From NCBI GenBank assembly GCA_964016885.1, contig OZ024743.1:119660001-119724000 (forward strand): a DNA stretch of 64,000 nucleotides. The letters run 5' to 3'. Made by a program: the position numbers and the translations under genes. The notes below the pieces were generated by a model. That model saw only the letters and a list, made by a program, of their open reading frames with translations. It was not told where the DNA came from and ran no database searches. Below are positions 41,737 to 54,550 of this stretch, piece by piece. The stretch is from Eledone cirrhosa (Eukaryota). Numbering within the stretch: position 1 is the first letter of the stretch; every line of letters begins with the position of its first letter.

Positions 41737-41874
41737 CATGTAACTCTTCACTGTTGTTATTATCACTGCCTCCTACGTTATAGTGAGAATCTATAGTAAG
41801 AATCCAAATAATTCATAAGAAAGATAACACACATATACGTGCATATATATATATACATATATACATACATACAT

Positions 41875-43362
41875 ATGATATGGTCATCGGAACTCTCTGC
41901 GCAAAACAAAACAGTGGCTCACAATGTGTTTGCTGTGCCTGTCCTAACACCAACTTTTGGAATACTCAATTGGACGATAGACGAAATCCGAGCGATTGAT
42001 GTTAGAACTCGAAAAATACTAAACAACACCGGAAATTTCCACATCAAGAGTGACATAGACCGCATTTACTTGAAACGTAAGCAGGGAGGCAGAGGCCTAA
42101 CATCAGTCCAGACACCATTTGAATGTCGCATCATATCCCTCGGACAACATCTACGAACCTCAAAGCATAGGAACCCGTCTCTCGAGCAAATCTATCTGCA
42201 TGAAAAAGATAGAGTTGGGAAGGAACTCCTCGAGAGGTATTCCCTGCGTGATAATCAAAACCTCATACCCAGGGAAGTCACTCAGCACTATCGCAGTGAA
42301 ACCATGGATGAAAAACTGCATGATTATCAGCAAAAAATCATGCATGGATATGTTGCCAGGAAGCTCCAGAGTGAGAGTAATATAGATAAGGAAAGTAGTC
42401 TATCTTGGACCAACAACCGCTATATTGGCTCCCACTTTGAAGGATACGCTTTTGCAATCCAGGAACAGGAGATTAGCACGAAATACCTGATTCACAAAAG
42501 AGATAGGGATGCAGGCAAAACACCTAGATGTGATAACAAGTGCAGACTCTGCAGAACTGACATCGAGGATATCACCCATGTCATCAGCAGCTGTCCAAAG
42601 ATGTCATCGCGATACTATCTACCTATGAGGCATGATGTAGTGGCCAAAACACTGTACAATGCAGTTCGTAAAAAAGGTAGCCCCGATAATAAACACATTA
42701 AAAGTTACAACAATGTGGAAGACATCCATGTACATAATATGAAAGAGTAGTGGTGGAATGTTCCAGTAAAAACCCCAATAAAATGCAGGCATAACAGACC
42801 AGATATTATGATATGGGACAGGGAGAAGAAAACATGCACAGTAGTGTAAATTAGCTGCCCAGCAGATGCCGATATAATATCAAAGATTAGTGAAAAGGAG
42901 AATATTTATGCAGAACTGATGAGAAATCTGGAGATACTCCACCCTGATTACACCTTCAGATTTATGCCTGTGATTATTGGAGCACTGGGATATGTTAGTA
43001 ACTGCCTCAATACAAATCTTGAGAAGCTAGGCTTCACAGGAACAGAAAGAACACAACTAGTTAGGAAATTACAAGTACAATCCATTAATGGAACAGTAAA
43101 AATATGTAAAACTTTCCAAAAATTTTGCATCTAATAACTGCATATACACATGTACAGATACAAAGCATATACACATGCACACATGCAACTCAAAATATAC
43201 ACATCCACACATACAATAACATCCATATCTACACATGTATGCATACATACATATCTACCTAGTTGATGTTGTGTAAATTCCAATGAGAGAGTCTTGTGTC
43301 TATGTTAGAAACCGACTCTCTCTCTATTGGTAAAACTTTGTGAAATTATAAAACCAGAAGAA
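41875..43362 (+). mobile_element. R4/Dong-clade non-LTR retrotransposon, 5'-truncated (post-RT region plus restriction-like endonuclease), pseudogenised
   Basis: RIYLKRKQGGRGL; CCHC finger CRLC...HVISSC; RHD; HNRPDIMIWD; KISEKENIY; PVIIGALG. In-frame stops at ~42750 and ~42849. 3' UTR hairpin at 43280-43330. (CATA)n on both sides. Confidence 0.9.
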
Positions 43363-43395
43363 CATACATACATTCATACATACGCACATACACAC

Positions 43396-43787
43396 ATGGT
43401 GGCTGCCAACTCGTTTTCGAGTACGGCCACTACTTTATATCCATGTAGGAGAACCCCCACCGATGCGCCGAACGAGTGTGACTTTCTCCAGTCCAGCCAG
43501 TGACTTGAAAACTCTGGTACAAACACTACACCTGTGACAATTATTGACACATAGTGCTGGGCCCATGGTACCACGTGACGACAAGTGCAGAGAGATCTCC
43601 AGATATAAAGCAATGCCTGTGCCGTGAAGCTTTTATAGTGAGCACAAAGCCAGTCCCACTCTCTTAACCAAGATGATATTTACCAAAAAGAAGAACAAGT
43701 CAACATCATTGGATACCATCAGAGTTGCAGGTGTTATATCAGAGTTTTCCTTCTCCTAGAATTATTGACACATAGTGCTGGGCCCAT
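43396..43787 (-). mobile_element. non-autonomous RTE derivative, 5'-truncated
   Basis: Near-duplicate of 44145-44515; tail gtggccgtactcgaaaacgagttggcagccaccat followed by TG/TATG repeats. Confidence 0.75.
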
Positions 43788-43861
43788 ACATACATACATA
43801 CATACATACATACATACATACATACATACATACATACATACATACATACATACATACATAC

Positions 43862-44135
43862 ATGATGGCTGCAACTCGATTTCGAATAATGTCATCGTTT
43901 GATACTTAAGCATGAGCACCATGGATGTAGCTTTTTAGTCATCCTAGGGACTTGCCTATGACTAGCAATACCATGCACCGCAAAAAACATGCCACATATC
44001 AAGCGATGTCTGTGTTTTTAAGTGAGGAAAGGCTTTGCACGCGGCCAATCCCACTCTCTGAACATTGAATGCATTTACCCCAAAAGAAAAACTGGTCTAC
44101 ATCATTGGTTGCAAACAAAGTCGCAGGTTTTATAT
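43862..44135 (-). mobile_element. diverged non-autonomous RTE derivative, 5'-truncated
   Basis: Tail ttcgaaatcgagttgcagccatcat-(GTAT)n; body is weakly similar to its neighbours (cccactctct, catcattgg, gcaggt). Confidence 0.6.
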
Positions 44136-44144
44136 CATACATAC

Positions 44145-44739
44145 ATGGTGGCTGCCAACTCGTTTTCGAGTACGGCCACTACTTTATATCCATGTAGAAC
44201 TCCTGCCGATGTGCTGAACGTGTGTGACTTTTTAGTCCAGCCAGCGACTTGAAAACTCTGGTACAAACACTACACTTGCGACAATTATTGACACATAGTG
44301 CTGGGCCCATGGTACCATGTGATGACAAGTGCAGAGAGATCTCCAGATATAAAGCAAAGCCTGTGTTGTGAAGCTTTTATAGTGAGCAAAGGCACTGCAC
44401 AAAGCCAGTCCCACTCTCTTAACCAAGATGATATTTACCAAAAAGAAGAACAAGTCAACATCATTGGATACCATCAGAGTTGCAGGTGTTATATCAGAGT
44501 TTTCCTTCTCCTAGAATTCTGCCTTGACAAAGGCTAAGGGGTCATCTCTCCCGGTGATTTTGGATGGCCATTGACTCTTAAGAGCTCCTTTGCCCTTTGA
44601 CAGGTTTTGTATTTAGTCCTGCAGTATGTCCAAAGTCACCCTCCTCACCAAGAAACCTTGGTGGGGTTGCCAGTTTATGACCCGACCATGAGACAGGTTG
44701 TACTGGGATGTTACTAGTAGCACAAACTGGTGACCTCAC
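44145..44739 (-). mobile_element. full-length short bipartite RTE derivative
   Basis: Structured 5' module, a C2H2 remnant CSVCTRVFKSLAGLKSH, and an RTE-type tail; flanked by (CATA)n. Confidence 0.75.
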
Positions 44740-44878
44740 ATACATACATACATAGATACATACATACATACATACATACATACATACATACATACATACA
44801 TACATACATACGTACGTACATACACACACACACACACATACATACATACATACATACATACATACATACATACATACA

Positions 44879-44911
<33 letters not shown>

Positions 44912-45724
44912 GCATACATTGTTCAAAGTCAAAAATAAAAAGGTAAAAAACGGAGATTAATTACAAAAAAGTATTAATAGGTTCACGATTGTATCAAATG
45001 GAAAAAGAGTTTTCAACGTATCGGAGGTTAGTCCTTCATCAATAAACGAACGATAGTGAAGTTAGAAAAAGAAAGAGGTTATAAGAAAATTGAAAACGAG
45101 GCGTAAACGGTGGAGATTCAGCAGGAATAGTTACGTGGAGACATACACTCACACATATACGCACATATACAGTAGATTTGTTTACATATTTTCCATCATT
45201 GATTTTTCATCATCGTCGTCGTCGTCGTCATCATTATCATCATCATCATCAGTAAGATATGTTTGTGAGTTGTGAGTGATATGACACAGCAACCAACCAT
45301 AACGCATATTTAAGCGATACATGAAGTCAGCAAATGACAGACTGATGACGTATGAGTTCGAATATTAAGTTAAAGCGAACTGTAATTAAGCGTCTGATCA
45401 TGTCTGCTCTATAGGAGGGAGACGTTCCATTTAATTTAGAGTCAAGTCACTATCTGGATATCATTAAATTCACTACAGGCTCCGCGTTTGTTACCTACAG
45501 TTTTAACATTAGCAGTAGCAGCATCAATGGCGGCTGCAGCATAATTTACAATGGCATCAACTGGTGCTGATGGTAATACAGAAATTGTTGTTGTCGTTTG
45601 AATTGCCATGGTATTAAGTATTGTGATGTTGGTACTAAGATATAAGTGTTGTAATGCTGTTGGTAGTGTTGATTGTGATGGTTGTAGCAGTCAATGTTGA
45701 AATTGTAATCTTTTTCTAATGACA

Positions 45725-45757
<33 letters not shown>

Positions 45758-48089
45758 ATTATTATTATTATTATTATTATGATGATGATGAGGAGGTCGA
45801 CGACAATGACGATATTTTTGTGGGTGTTATTTCTGTCGTTGCTGCTGGTGTAGATTACACCTAAGTTAGTCGTGAACGAGTAGATCTGTGATCAATAGCA
45901 TTCCAGCCATGATTACCAGACAATCCAATATCACTCACTCTAACTGTCAGGCGAGATTTGAATGAGATTTATCTGCAATTGTAGCAGGTTGTGCAACCAA
46001 AAAGATCTTCGTTTGATAGTGATGTTGGTGGTGAAACTATTACAAGTGCTACTGTCAACAACAACAATAATAATCATTTTTACTAGCATTGGTACACGGT
46101 CAGTTTAGAGGGAAGGAAAATTCGACTATATCAATTCTAGTATTTGAACGGTACTTTATTCTACCGACGCCGGAATGATGAAAGGCAAAGTTGACTTCGG
46201 TGGGACTTGAACACACGACGTTGCATTTTGTCCGATTTATAACACATATAATACAAGGCATATATAATGCTCAGAAGTGAACAGAAGACTACAATGAAAC
46301 CCGTTAAAAGATTTCGTGAAAATCGAACCAAGAAGGGTAACCCACCTAAAATATGACAACCTATTACTCAGACCACCTTTCGCTCTGATCACTTTCTGCA
46401 AACCGGGTCCTCTGAAATGCAGTTATGCATATTTGTCCTTAGCCAAGCTGTGAAGAGTGCCACATTTTATTTATAGACAGTAGATTATGGGAATCTTCGG
46501 ATTAACTTAGATTTCTCCAGGTTCTCTCTCCTTTCCATCATTGAAAGATGATTGAATGGGACTGCTGTTCGAAACATGTTCTCTGCTTTGCGCTGGAATT
46601 AGTAGAATCTCAGTTTCTCTGTGCTCTACCTCGTCGGCTTTGGTGTTTGGATAACAACAAAAACAGAAAACTTCATTTTCAATCTAATAGCTTGATGTTG
46701 CTGCCGGCTTTGTTCCAAAAAGCTCTCATGGACTTTACTAACACACGTGTACCAACTGCACCCTGGTCAAAGAATCTTACATTCTGCTACATATCAACCA
46801 ACGCTCTATCCAACTCAGAAGTATGTTACTTTCCTATTTGTTCTTTCTTGGTTACATTCATTTTTTTCTGTAATATATCTCTTCCATACTTGTTCCTTTG
46901 TTCAGGAGTTGACTAAGCACCTTCTTTTAAGTCGCAACACTAACAAAATATGAGTTTCCCTTGTTGCTATGTGTACTTTTGTTATTGCCGTTAAAATGTA
47001 TGCTTCTCAAAGGATCTAGTTTTCATATTAAATACCTCTGTATTTTCAAATGATTTACTGAAAAGATGAGTTCAATTTTATCAGTATTATGGCTTGCAGC
47101 TCAACCCGCTACCAAATTCGCGACAGCTTTGTATCCAAAATAAACAATAACAGTGATTACAATGAAAAATTATATACATGATAGAAAATAATGTTACGGT
47201 GTATTTTCATCTTCACTTTGGCTAATTTGTAGAATGCGTCAATCCTCCGAAACTCATTGTGTAAAAATAACTAACAGAAAACATTGATCTTGTAATATCA
47301 AAAGAAGGTGTTGAATTGGCAGGTCATTAGACCATCCGATATGATATCCTGCGATATTTGTTCCGGCTCGCTGGAACTATTTTTATATAACACAAAGAAA
47401 TGTATATTGTGTACATAGATTTGCATTCGGCACTCTATTTATTATGAATGAGAGATGTAGTGACGTTGAAGTCTCCAGAAACAAGTGACATACACATTTA
47501 CTTGTGGTTGTTGTTGTTTAGCTCAATACGAGCCCTGATTGTAGAGACATATGATCAAATATGTTCCAACCAATATCATTTCCTCTTTTTGTATATTCGG
47601 GAAACGAACAGGAGTATGGCAGTTGAAATGCTCTAAATATGTCTTCAATGAAACACTGAAAGTATGTAACATTATCATAAACAACCGGGAAGTTTTCTCT
47701 CATCAGTAACCCCAACGAAACTATTGTGAGTGAAGAAACAAGGAACTTAACTCTCAAATCCCAACTCCACTTCCAGATTACCACTTTCAGAATATCTGTG
47801 TCACTAGGATTGGAATTATTATTTTCTCCTCGCGCATGCCTCCAATCTGGAAGAGTATTATAATTTCTTAATTTTACTCATAAGGAGGAGTAATAGTGAA
47901 ACACGCTCCCAAAACGAAACCATTATGTATACGTCAGACCAGATTAACGACTAACTCAGCTCTTCTCGAGCAGATAAAACTTTTCACGGGTACCTAGGAG
48001 TACATTATCTGATATGTCTTTTTAAAAGACAGATGGAAAGGTTTGCTAGAGAAATAAAAAATATTCATAAGTACTGTCTGATTCAAAGT

Positions 48090-48361
48090 TTCGATCTCAG
48101 GACATTCCAGCCGTGAGACGAACAATCTAACCATTAACACGTGCACCTGAGCACTTCGATCTCAGGACATTCCAGCCGTGAGACGAACAATCTAACCATT
48201 AACACATGCACCTGAGCACTTCGATCTCAGGACATTCCAGCCGTGAGACGAACAATCTAACCATTAACACATGCACCTGAGCACTTCGATCTCAGGACAT
48301 TCCAGCCGTGAGACGAACAATCTAACCATTAACACATGCACCTGAGCACTTCGATCTCAGG

Positions 48362-48365
<4 letters not shown>
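48090..48365. repeat. 65-bp tandem repeat, ~4.2 near-identical copies
   Basis: tcgatctcaggacat at 48091, 48156, 48221, 48286 and 48351. Confidence 0.95.
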
Positions 48366-48450
<85 letters not shown>

Positions 48451-48459
48451 TGTAAAAAG

Positions 48460-48750
48460 CGCATGGGTAAGGATGTTCAGCACACTATCGTAATGCCGTG
48501 ATTTCGATTTTGAGGACCGGGTGGCATGTTGTGTCCTTAAAGAAGACATTTTATTTCACGTTGTTTTGATCCACTCAGCTAGCAAAAAAGAATTGCACCT
48601 GTAATTCAAGGTACTATCGTCACGCTGAATCTCCACGAGAACTACGTTAAAGGAGGGCGTATCTGTGGAATGCTCAGCCACTTACACGTTAATTTCTTAA
48701 GCGGACAATTCAGTTAATTGAATCAACTAGAGCACTCGTCGTCGGAAACG
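48460..48750 (+). mobile_element. tRNA-derived CORE-like SINE family F, diverged
   Basis: Shares gaactacgttaaagg...tctgtggaatgctcagc...cacgttaatttc...cgtcgtcggaaac with 61915-62232. Confidence 0.7.
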
Positions 48751-49116
48751 TGTATATATCTTTATATACACACATACATAGACACACACATACACACAAA
48801 ATGACATCACAGTAATGATGATGAACCCCGCCAGATTGGCGATGCTAAATGAAACGCCTTCATTGCAAATTTCCGAAACAGGCTTTGAAAATAAACGATA
48901 AAATGAACAGAAAAAAAAACACACAACAGCGGCACGGAAAGCGTTTATGTGGGAAATACACAAAATAACAGCAAATAGAATAGAAAAACAAGAGAAGATA
49001 TTTCTGGCTGAAGCTGTGGTCAAATAAATTGCAACTGTATATCTGATAGGGTTATTAACTACATAGAGATAGAAGGTAAAGAATGAAAGGCGGGCAGGAA
49101 GGAGGGAAGAATGAAT

Positions 49117-49118
49117 GA

Positions 49119-49182
<64 letters not shown>

Positions 49183-49186
49183 AGGA

Positions 49187-49233
<47 letters not shown>

Positions 49234-49250
49234 GAAGAAAGGAAGAAAGA
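49117..49250. repeat. (GAAA)n microsatellite
   Basis: Direct reading. Confidence 0.95.
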
Positions 49251-49724
49251 AAGACTTGAAAGTAAAAAAAAAACGTGAAAGAAAACAGAATGCAAATTAA
49301 TAAATATAGAAACGAACAACCAAAGAAAGAAAAAAGAATGAAGAAAGAAAAAGTAAGACAAAATTAATAAATAAATCAACAAAAGAAACTATATACAAAA
49401 AGAAAATATATAAAAATAAAAAACCAATAACAAAAATCCAACTGATCTACAACATAAACAAACCCTGTTCGGACTCTCAAGGGAATAATAAAGTGTCTTT
49501 ATTGTTATTTTTGGACCCAGCATATACTGGCCGTTCAATATTCCCCCGTTTGCTAAAAGAGGAGACATATAGGTGGGGGGAGGGGAGTAGGGGGTCAATA
49601 TTTATGGACGGGATGCTGATGCAGTTGAATTATTAATATTGCCTTTTTCGGTTAAACGAATATAGTTCTTTAGCACTTTGCTATTGTCGTTGTTTGTGTT
49701 AATGTTTTGTGAATGTTGTTGTAT

Positions 49725-49819
<95 letters not shown>

Positions 49820-49998
49820 ACCTCCGTCATCGTCATCAGCGGTAGCAATGTCTTATTTTTAGATATTTATACATTTCCTTTCGCTCATATTTCTTTCATT
49901 CATTCTCACCTTACTATCAATGTATTTATTTCTTACTCCTTCTGTTTATCTGTCTTCCTCATTCTCTCTCTCCCCCCTCTCCCATTTCTCTCTCTACT

Positions 49999-50036
<38 letters not shown>

Positions 50037-50039
50037 CAT

Positions 50040-50432
50040 ACATACATATATGCATATATGCATGCATTCACACATACATACATACATACATACATGCATA
50101 CATGCATACATACATACATACATACATACATACATACATACATACATACATACATACATACATACATACATACATACTGGATTTGCGGACAAAAAGCGCA
50201 GCTCCCTAATTCATAGTCTACAAATGGCTGCGATAGCTGGTACCTTCAAAATTTGCAAAACATTCTTGCGATTCAAGGGATGACAATTTTTTTCTTTTAC
50301 AACCTTGCCACCAGGAAGGTGGCTGGTCAAAAAAATATACTCGAAATTAAGAGAAAGAGATACATACATACATACATACATACATACATACATACATACA
50401 TACATACATACATACATACATACATACATACA
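50040..50432. repeat. (CATA)n array forming the tail of the RTE element, interrupted by an R4/Dong fragment
   Basis: Direct reading. Confidence 0.9.
50177..50360 (+). mobile_element. R4/Dong-clade 3'-terminal fragment (second family)
   Basis: GFADKKRSSLIHSLQMAAIAGTFKICKTFLRFKG* aligns with GFTGTERTQLVRKLQVQSINGTVKICKTFQKFCI* at 43030-43134; its 3' UTR differs and has hairpin gccacc-aggaa-ggtggc. Confidence 0.8.
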
Positions 50433-50434
50433 TA

Positions 50435-53400
50435 AATGATGGCTTCCCCCTCGTTATCGAGCATGGCCATTGCACGAAAAAAAAAAATTAAAACATAATA
50501 ACGACAATAATAATAACAATAGCAACAATAATAATTATTATTATTATATATACACACACACACACACACGATAACAATTAACAGTGCTGCGTTCGAATGT
50601 GGCTTTTTAGCCCAGCCAATGATCTAAAATGTCTTTCACAGAGTTTACAACCAAAATATTCACTGGGAATAGCCGGCTGTGGTTGGAGTTATTGTACCTT
50701 TGCATATCGTTTAAGCCCTCCTGCTGATTTACATTCTCTACCACATGCTTGGCAGGCATGATGAGTAGCATCTCCAACAGCAACCTGGTAATCAACCAGT
50801 GGTCTCACTTTATGCTTGCGAAGATGACTTTCGAGTCCAGCTTTGCTGAGGCAGAGTCTCGCACAGACGCTGCATGTCAGCGTCATAGGAGGACCTTAGC
50901 TGTCCGGAAATGCAACAGTAATGCCCTTCCTCACATCCCTCTTTACTTTCTCGTATGCGATTCGAGATGCCTCAAAGGCAACTTTCCCTTCATATACAGT
51001 CTTTCTCCATTTATTACGATCAGCAGCAACATTTTCCCATGTATCAGTAGAGATGTTAGCGTCTTTCAAAGAAGCTTTCAACGAATCCTTATACCTCCTT
51101 TTTGGGGTTTATGTAGAGGTCGTTTTCCTTTAACTAACTCTCCATAAAAGAGTTGTTTTGGTATTCTAGAATCCTTCATCCTGACAAGGTGACTACTCCA
51201 ACGGAGTCTTTGCTTAAGCACAAGAGCTTCTATATTGTCACACAGAAAGCTTTCCAAAATCTCGACATCACTGATGTGGTCCCTCCAGTGAACGGCATGG
51301 ATCCGTCTGAGACACATCTGATGGAAACGTTCCAATTGTTTAAGGTGGTGTCGATATGTGACCCAGGTCTCTCAGGCATAAAGAAGAGAAGAGAACACAT
51401 ATGCCTTGTACACCTTTACCTTTGTCTTCTTGCATATGTCTCGCCGACTCCTGAGTCTCCTTTCTAGCTTTCCGAAAGTCCCACTTGCTTTCCTAATCCT
51501 GAGTGGAATTTCATTATCAAGGTTGCTGTATCGATTGACAGTGCTTCCCAGGTAGACAAACTGATCAACCACTCCAAGTCATTTACCATACACATAGATA
51601 TTTGGCTCACTGTACTGCTTACCAGGGACAGGTTGGTACATAGCGAGGTTTTCTTGAGACTGACAGTGAATCCTAGGGCAGTGCAAGCATCAGAAAATGC
51701 ATTCAAAATGTGCTGCATATCACTCTCTATGTGTGCTATAAGATCGCAATCATCTGTATACCAGAGATCTCTTATGGTTGATGTAAATACTTTTGTTTTT
51801 GCATCAAAGCGCCTGATGTTAAATATGCTGCTTGAGGTTCGATATTGGATGTAAACACCATGCTCGTATTTCCTGAATGCAATATAGAAAACCATTGCAA
51901 AGTATATGGCAAACAGGGTCGGTGCTGGAATATCCCCGTTTCACTCCATTTTTTACTGATATAGGCTCCAACATGTTACCTCTGACTTACCCAAGCTTTC
52001 ATGTCGTCATGGAAAGACCTAACCAAAGCAAGAAACTTATCAGGGCAACCAAGTTTCTGGAGAACCTTCCACAATGCATTTCTGTTAATAATATTGAAAG
52101 CTTTTATCAGATCGACAAAAACCTGATACAGATCCAAACCTTGTTCCATGCACTTCTGTTTGAGCTGTCTAGCTGAGAAGATCATATCAGTAGTGCCGCA
52201 TCCAGCACAAAAACCAGATTGACTTTCAGGAAGAACACAATCTGCAATGTGCGTCAGCAGACGGTTCAGAAGCACCCTACATAAAATTTTTCCTACGACA
52301 GAAAGCAATGATATACCTCTGTAGTTTCCACAATCATTCTTGTTACACTTTCCCTTGTATAATACCACCATTACTGCATCTCTCCAGTCCTCAGGTACGG
52401 ATTCACTAGCCCATATCCTGCCAAACAAAGAGTGAAGATGTTGCAGCAGATGTCTCTCACCATTGTAAGAGCTCTGCATGTATGCCATCCATAGCTGGAG
52501 ATCTTCCACTGTTCAGCTTCAAGATAGCTACTGCAACCTCCACAAGCGTCGGTGCTTCTTCGAGAGCTACTTTCACAGGCTTTTCAGGAATGAGATTGAG
52601 GAAATCTTCATTGACGACAGACGGCTGATTCAAAAGTTCATCAAAGTGCTCTCGCCACCTTCGTAGAATTCTTTGTGAGTCACGAAGAAGTTCCTTGCCA
52701 TCCTTGCTGCGAAGCGGTGTCACCAGAGAAGAAGACGGTCCATAAACCTCACGCAAGAGACTGTACAAGAGCTTTGTGTTATTGGAATCTGATGCAGCTT
52801 GTATCTCATCAGCCTTCTCACTCCACCACTGATCCTTCATCTGACTGAGAAAGACTCCGCCTAACACGTGATTTCACATCCTTGAGTTCCTTATGCAACA
52901 TATTCTTCTCCTGTGGTGTTGCTGTCAAGTAGCGTGATAGAGCACGCCTTTTACCAGCCAACAAGTCATCTATATGTTCATCATTCTCATTAAACCAGTC
53001 TTGATGTTTTCTCTGCACCAATCCCAGAACACGCCTGCCTACATCATAAACCGATTTTTAAGGGTCGACTAATCCTCACCAATACCTGCATCTCTTCTCG
53101 CAATGTCCTCTTCACATTTTTATCTCTAAGACGAGCAGCATTCAATCTTCTGGGCAGGGTAACACTAGGAGCCCGGATTTTAGGTTTAATGATTAATTTC
53201 ACTTTCGCGCGTACCAGGCGGTGGTCTGTCCAGCACTCAGCTCCACGAAGAGCACAAACACACTGCACATCCCGTCTGTCACGCATCCTGACTAGGACGT
53301 AGTCCAAAAGATGCCATTCCTTAGATGCAGGATCCATCCATGTGGTCTTAAATTTGTTCTTTTGCTGGAACATGGTGTTGGTAACACACAGATACAGCTC

Positions 53401-53484
53401 CTCACACATCTGCAGCAGGAGCATACTATTGTTGTTACACTTCCCCACCTCATGCCTTCCGATTACATTCCATGTGATAAAATC
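50435..53484 (-). mobile_element. RTE-clade LINE, 5'-truncated and frameshifted (partial APE endonuclease, RT, three C2H2 fingers)
   Basis: WHLLDYVLVR...CWTDHRLV; NYRGISLLSVVGKIL; LPESQSGF; VFVDLIKAF; LWYTDDC (YADD motif); FVYLGS; RLRWSSHLVRMKDSRIPKQLFYGEL. Stop at 50578-50580; stem-loop tail followed by (TATG)n. Confidence 0.93.
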
Positions 53485-54550
53485 CATACATACATACATT
53501 AGTGGCGACTATAGTTCATCAGTGTTACTCACGATTAGCTGTTTTAACAACATTTAGTAAATATTCAATTTAAAGTGCCATATATAATAGAAGAATGTAA
53601 ACCTCTAACTACAATTTAATAAATTAACTCAATTAACTACGCATCGGACCGATTTTTTAACCCCTTTCTTACATTTAACTGAAACAAAAGCCAATGATTT
53701 TCAAATGATTTTCAAGGGTTCATTTAGATATCTTGAATCCGTTGCTTGCCTTACATGACCTAAAAACAGGAATTCAATACCATTTCGATAAATTGGAATT
53801 GAGAAGAAAAACCAAATCTGATTCCATAAACTTAATTTACACCTTCGAAAATGTATCTCTGCAAAATTTCATAAAAACATGCATTCTTCAGGAAATTGTA
53901 AGGAAACACAATCGGTAGAGAGGCACTAAACATGTGACCTATAATTTATTTACATGTTTAACAAACAAAAACACAGCGGGCTATATCATTTGGAGTGATG
54001 GGGGATAATAGAAAATACGAAATATTTATTTCTTCCTTATTATTCAATGCATTTCTTTAGAAAATAATTTGAAAGTGTTTCTTGTAATAGAATCAGCTAT
54101 GCATTTACTTGGAACGTGTACAGTAATAGTACGTTAAAAAGTAATAATTCTGCAATTTGTATGAGAAAAATTATTTGCTTCCTTTAAACATGAATTCCCA
54201 GTGATTCGGTTTTATAGCAAATTCCCCCAATATCTGTTTGTTGTTTGAAATCGAAGAGCATTTATTCATCGATGAAAACATAAGCTAGTGAAGATAACTA
54301 TCCTTGATTGATTCAGTAAAAAGTTGAAAGGTGTCTTTGAAAAGTGTCTTTGAATTGCAACGGAGATTGTGAAGAAAATGAGGAAAGTTGAATTAGTACA
54401 ACAGTTTCAGACATAACAAACAAGAAACACAGTTTATGAGCTCTTAAATAAAATTGATTTAAACCTTTTAAATAATTTATGCCGAAACACATAACTGGGC
54501 TCAATTTATGTATATACACATATACACATATATATATATACATATATATA

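Noticed and set aside
46330-46950. 122-aa ORF or Gypsy gag remnant
   Set aside because: Only vague Cys spacing on the minus strand; not supportable without a search.
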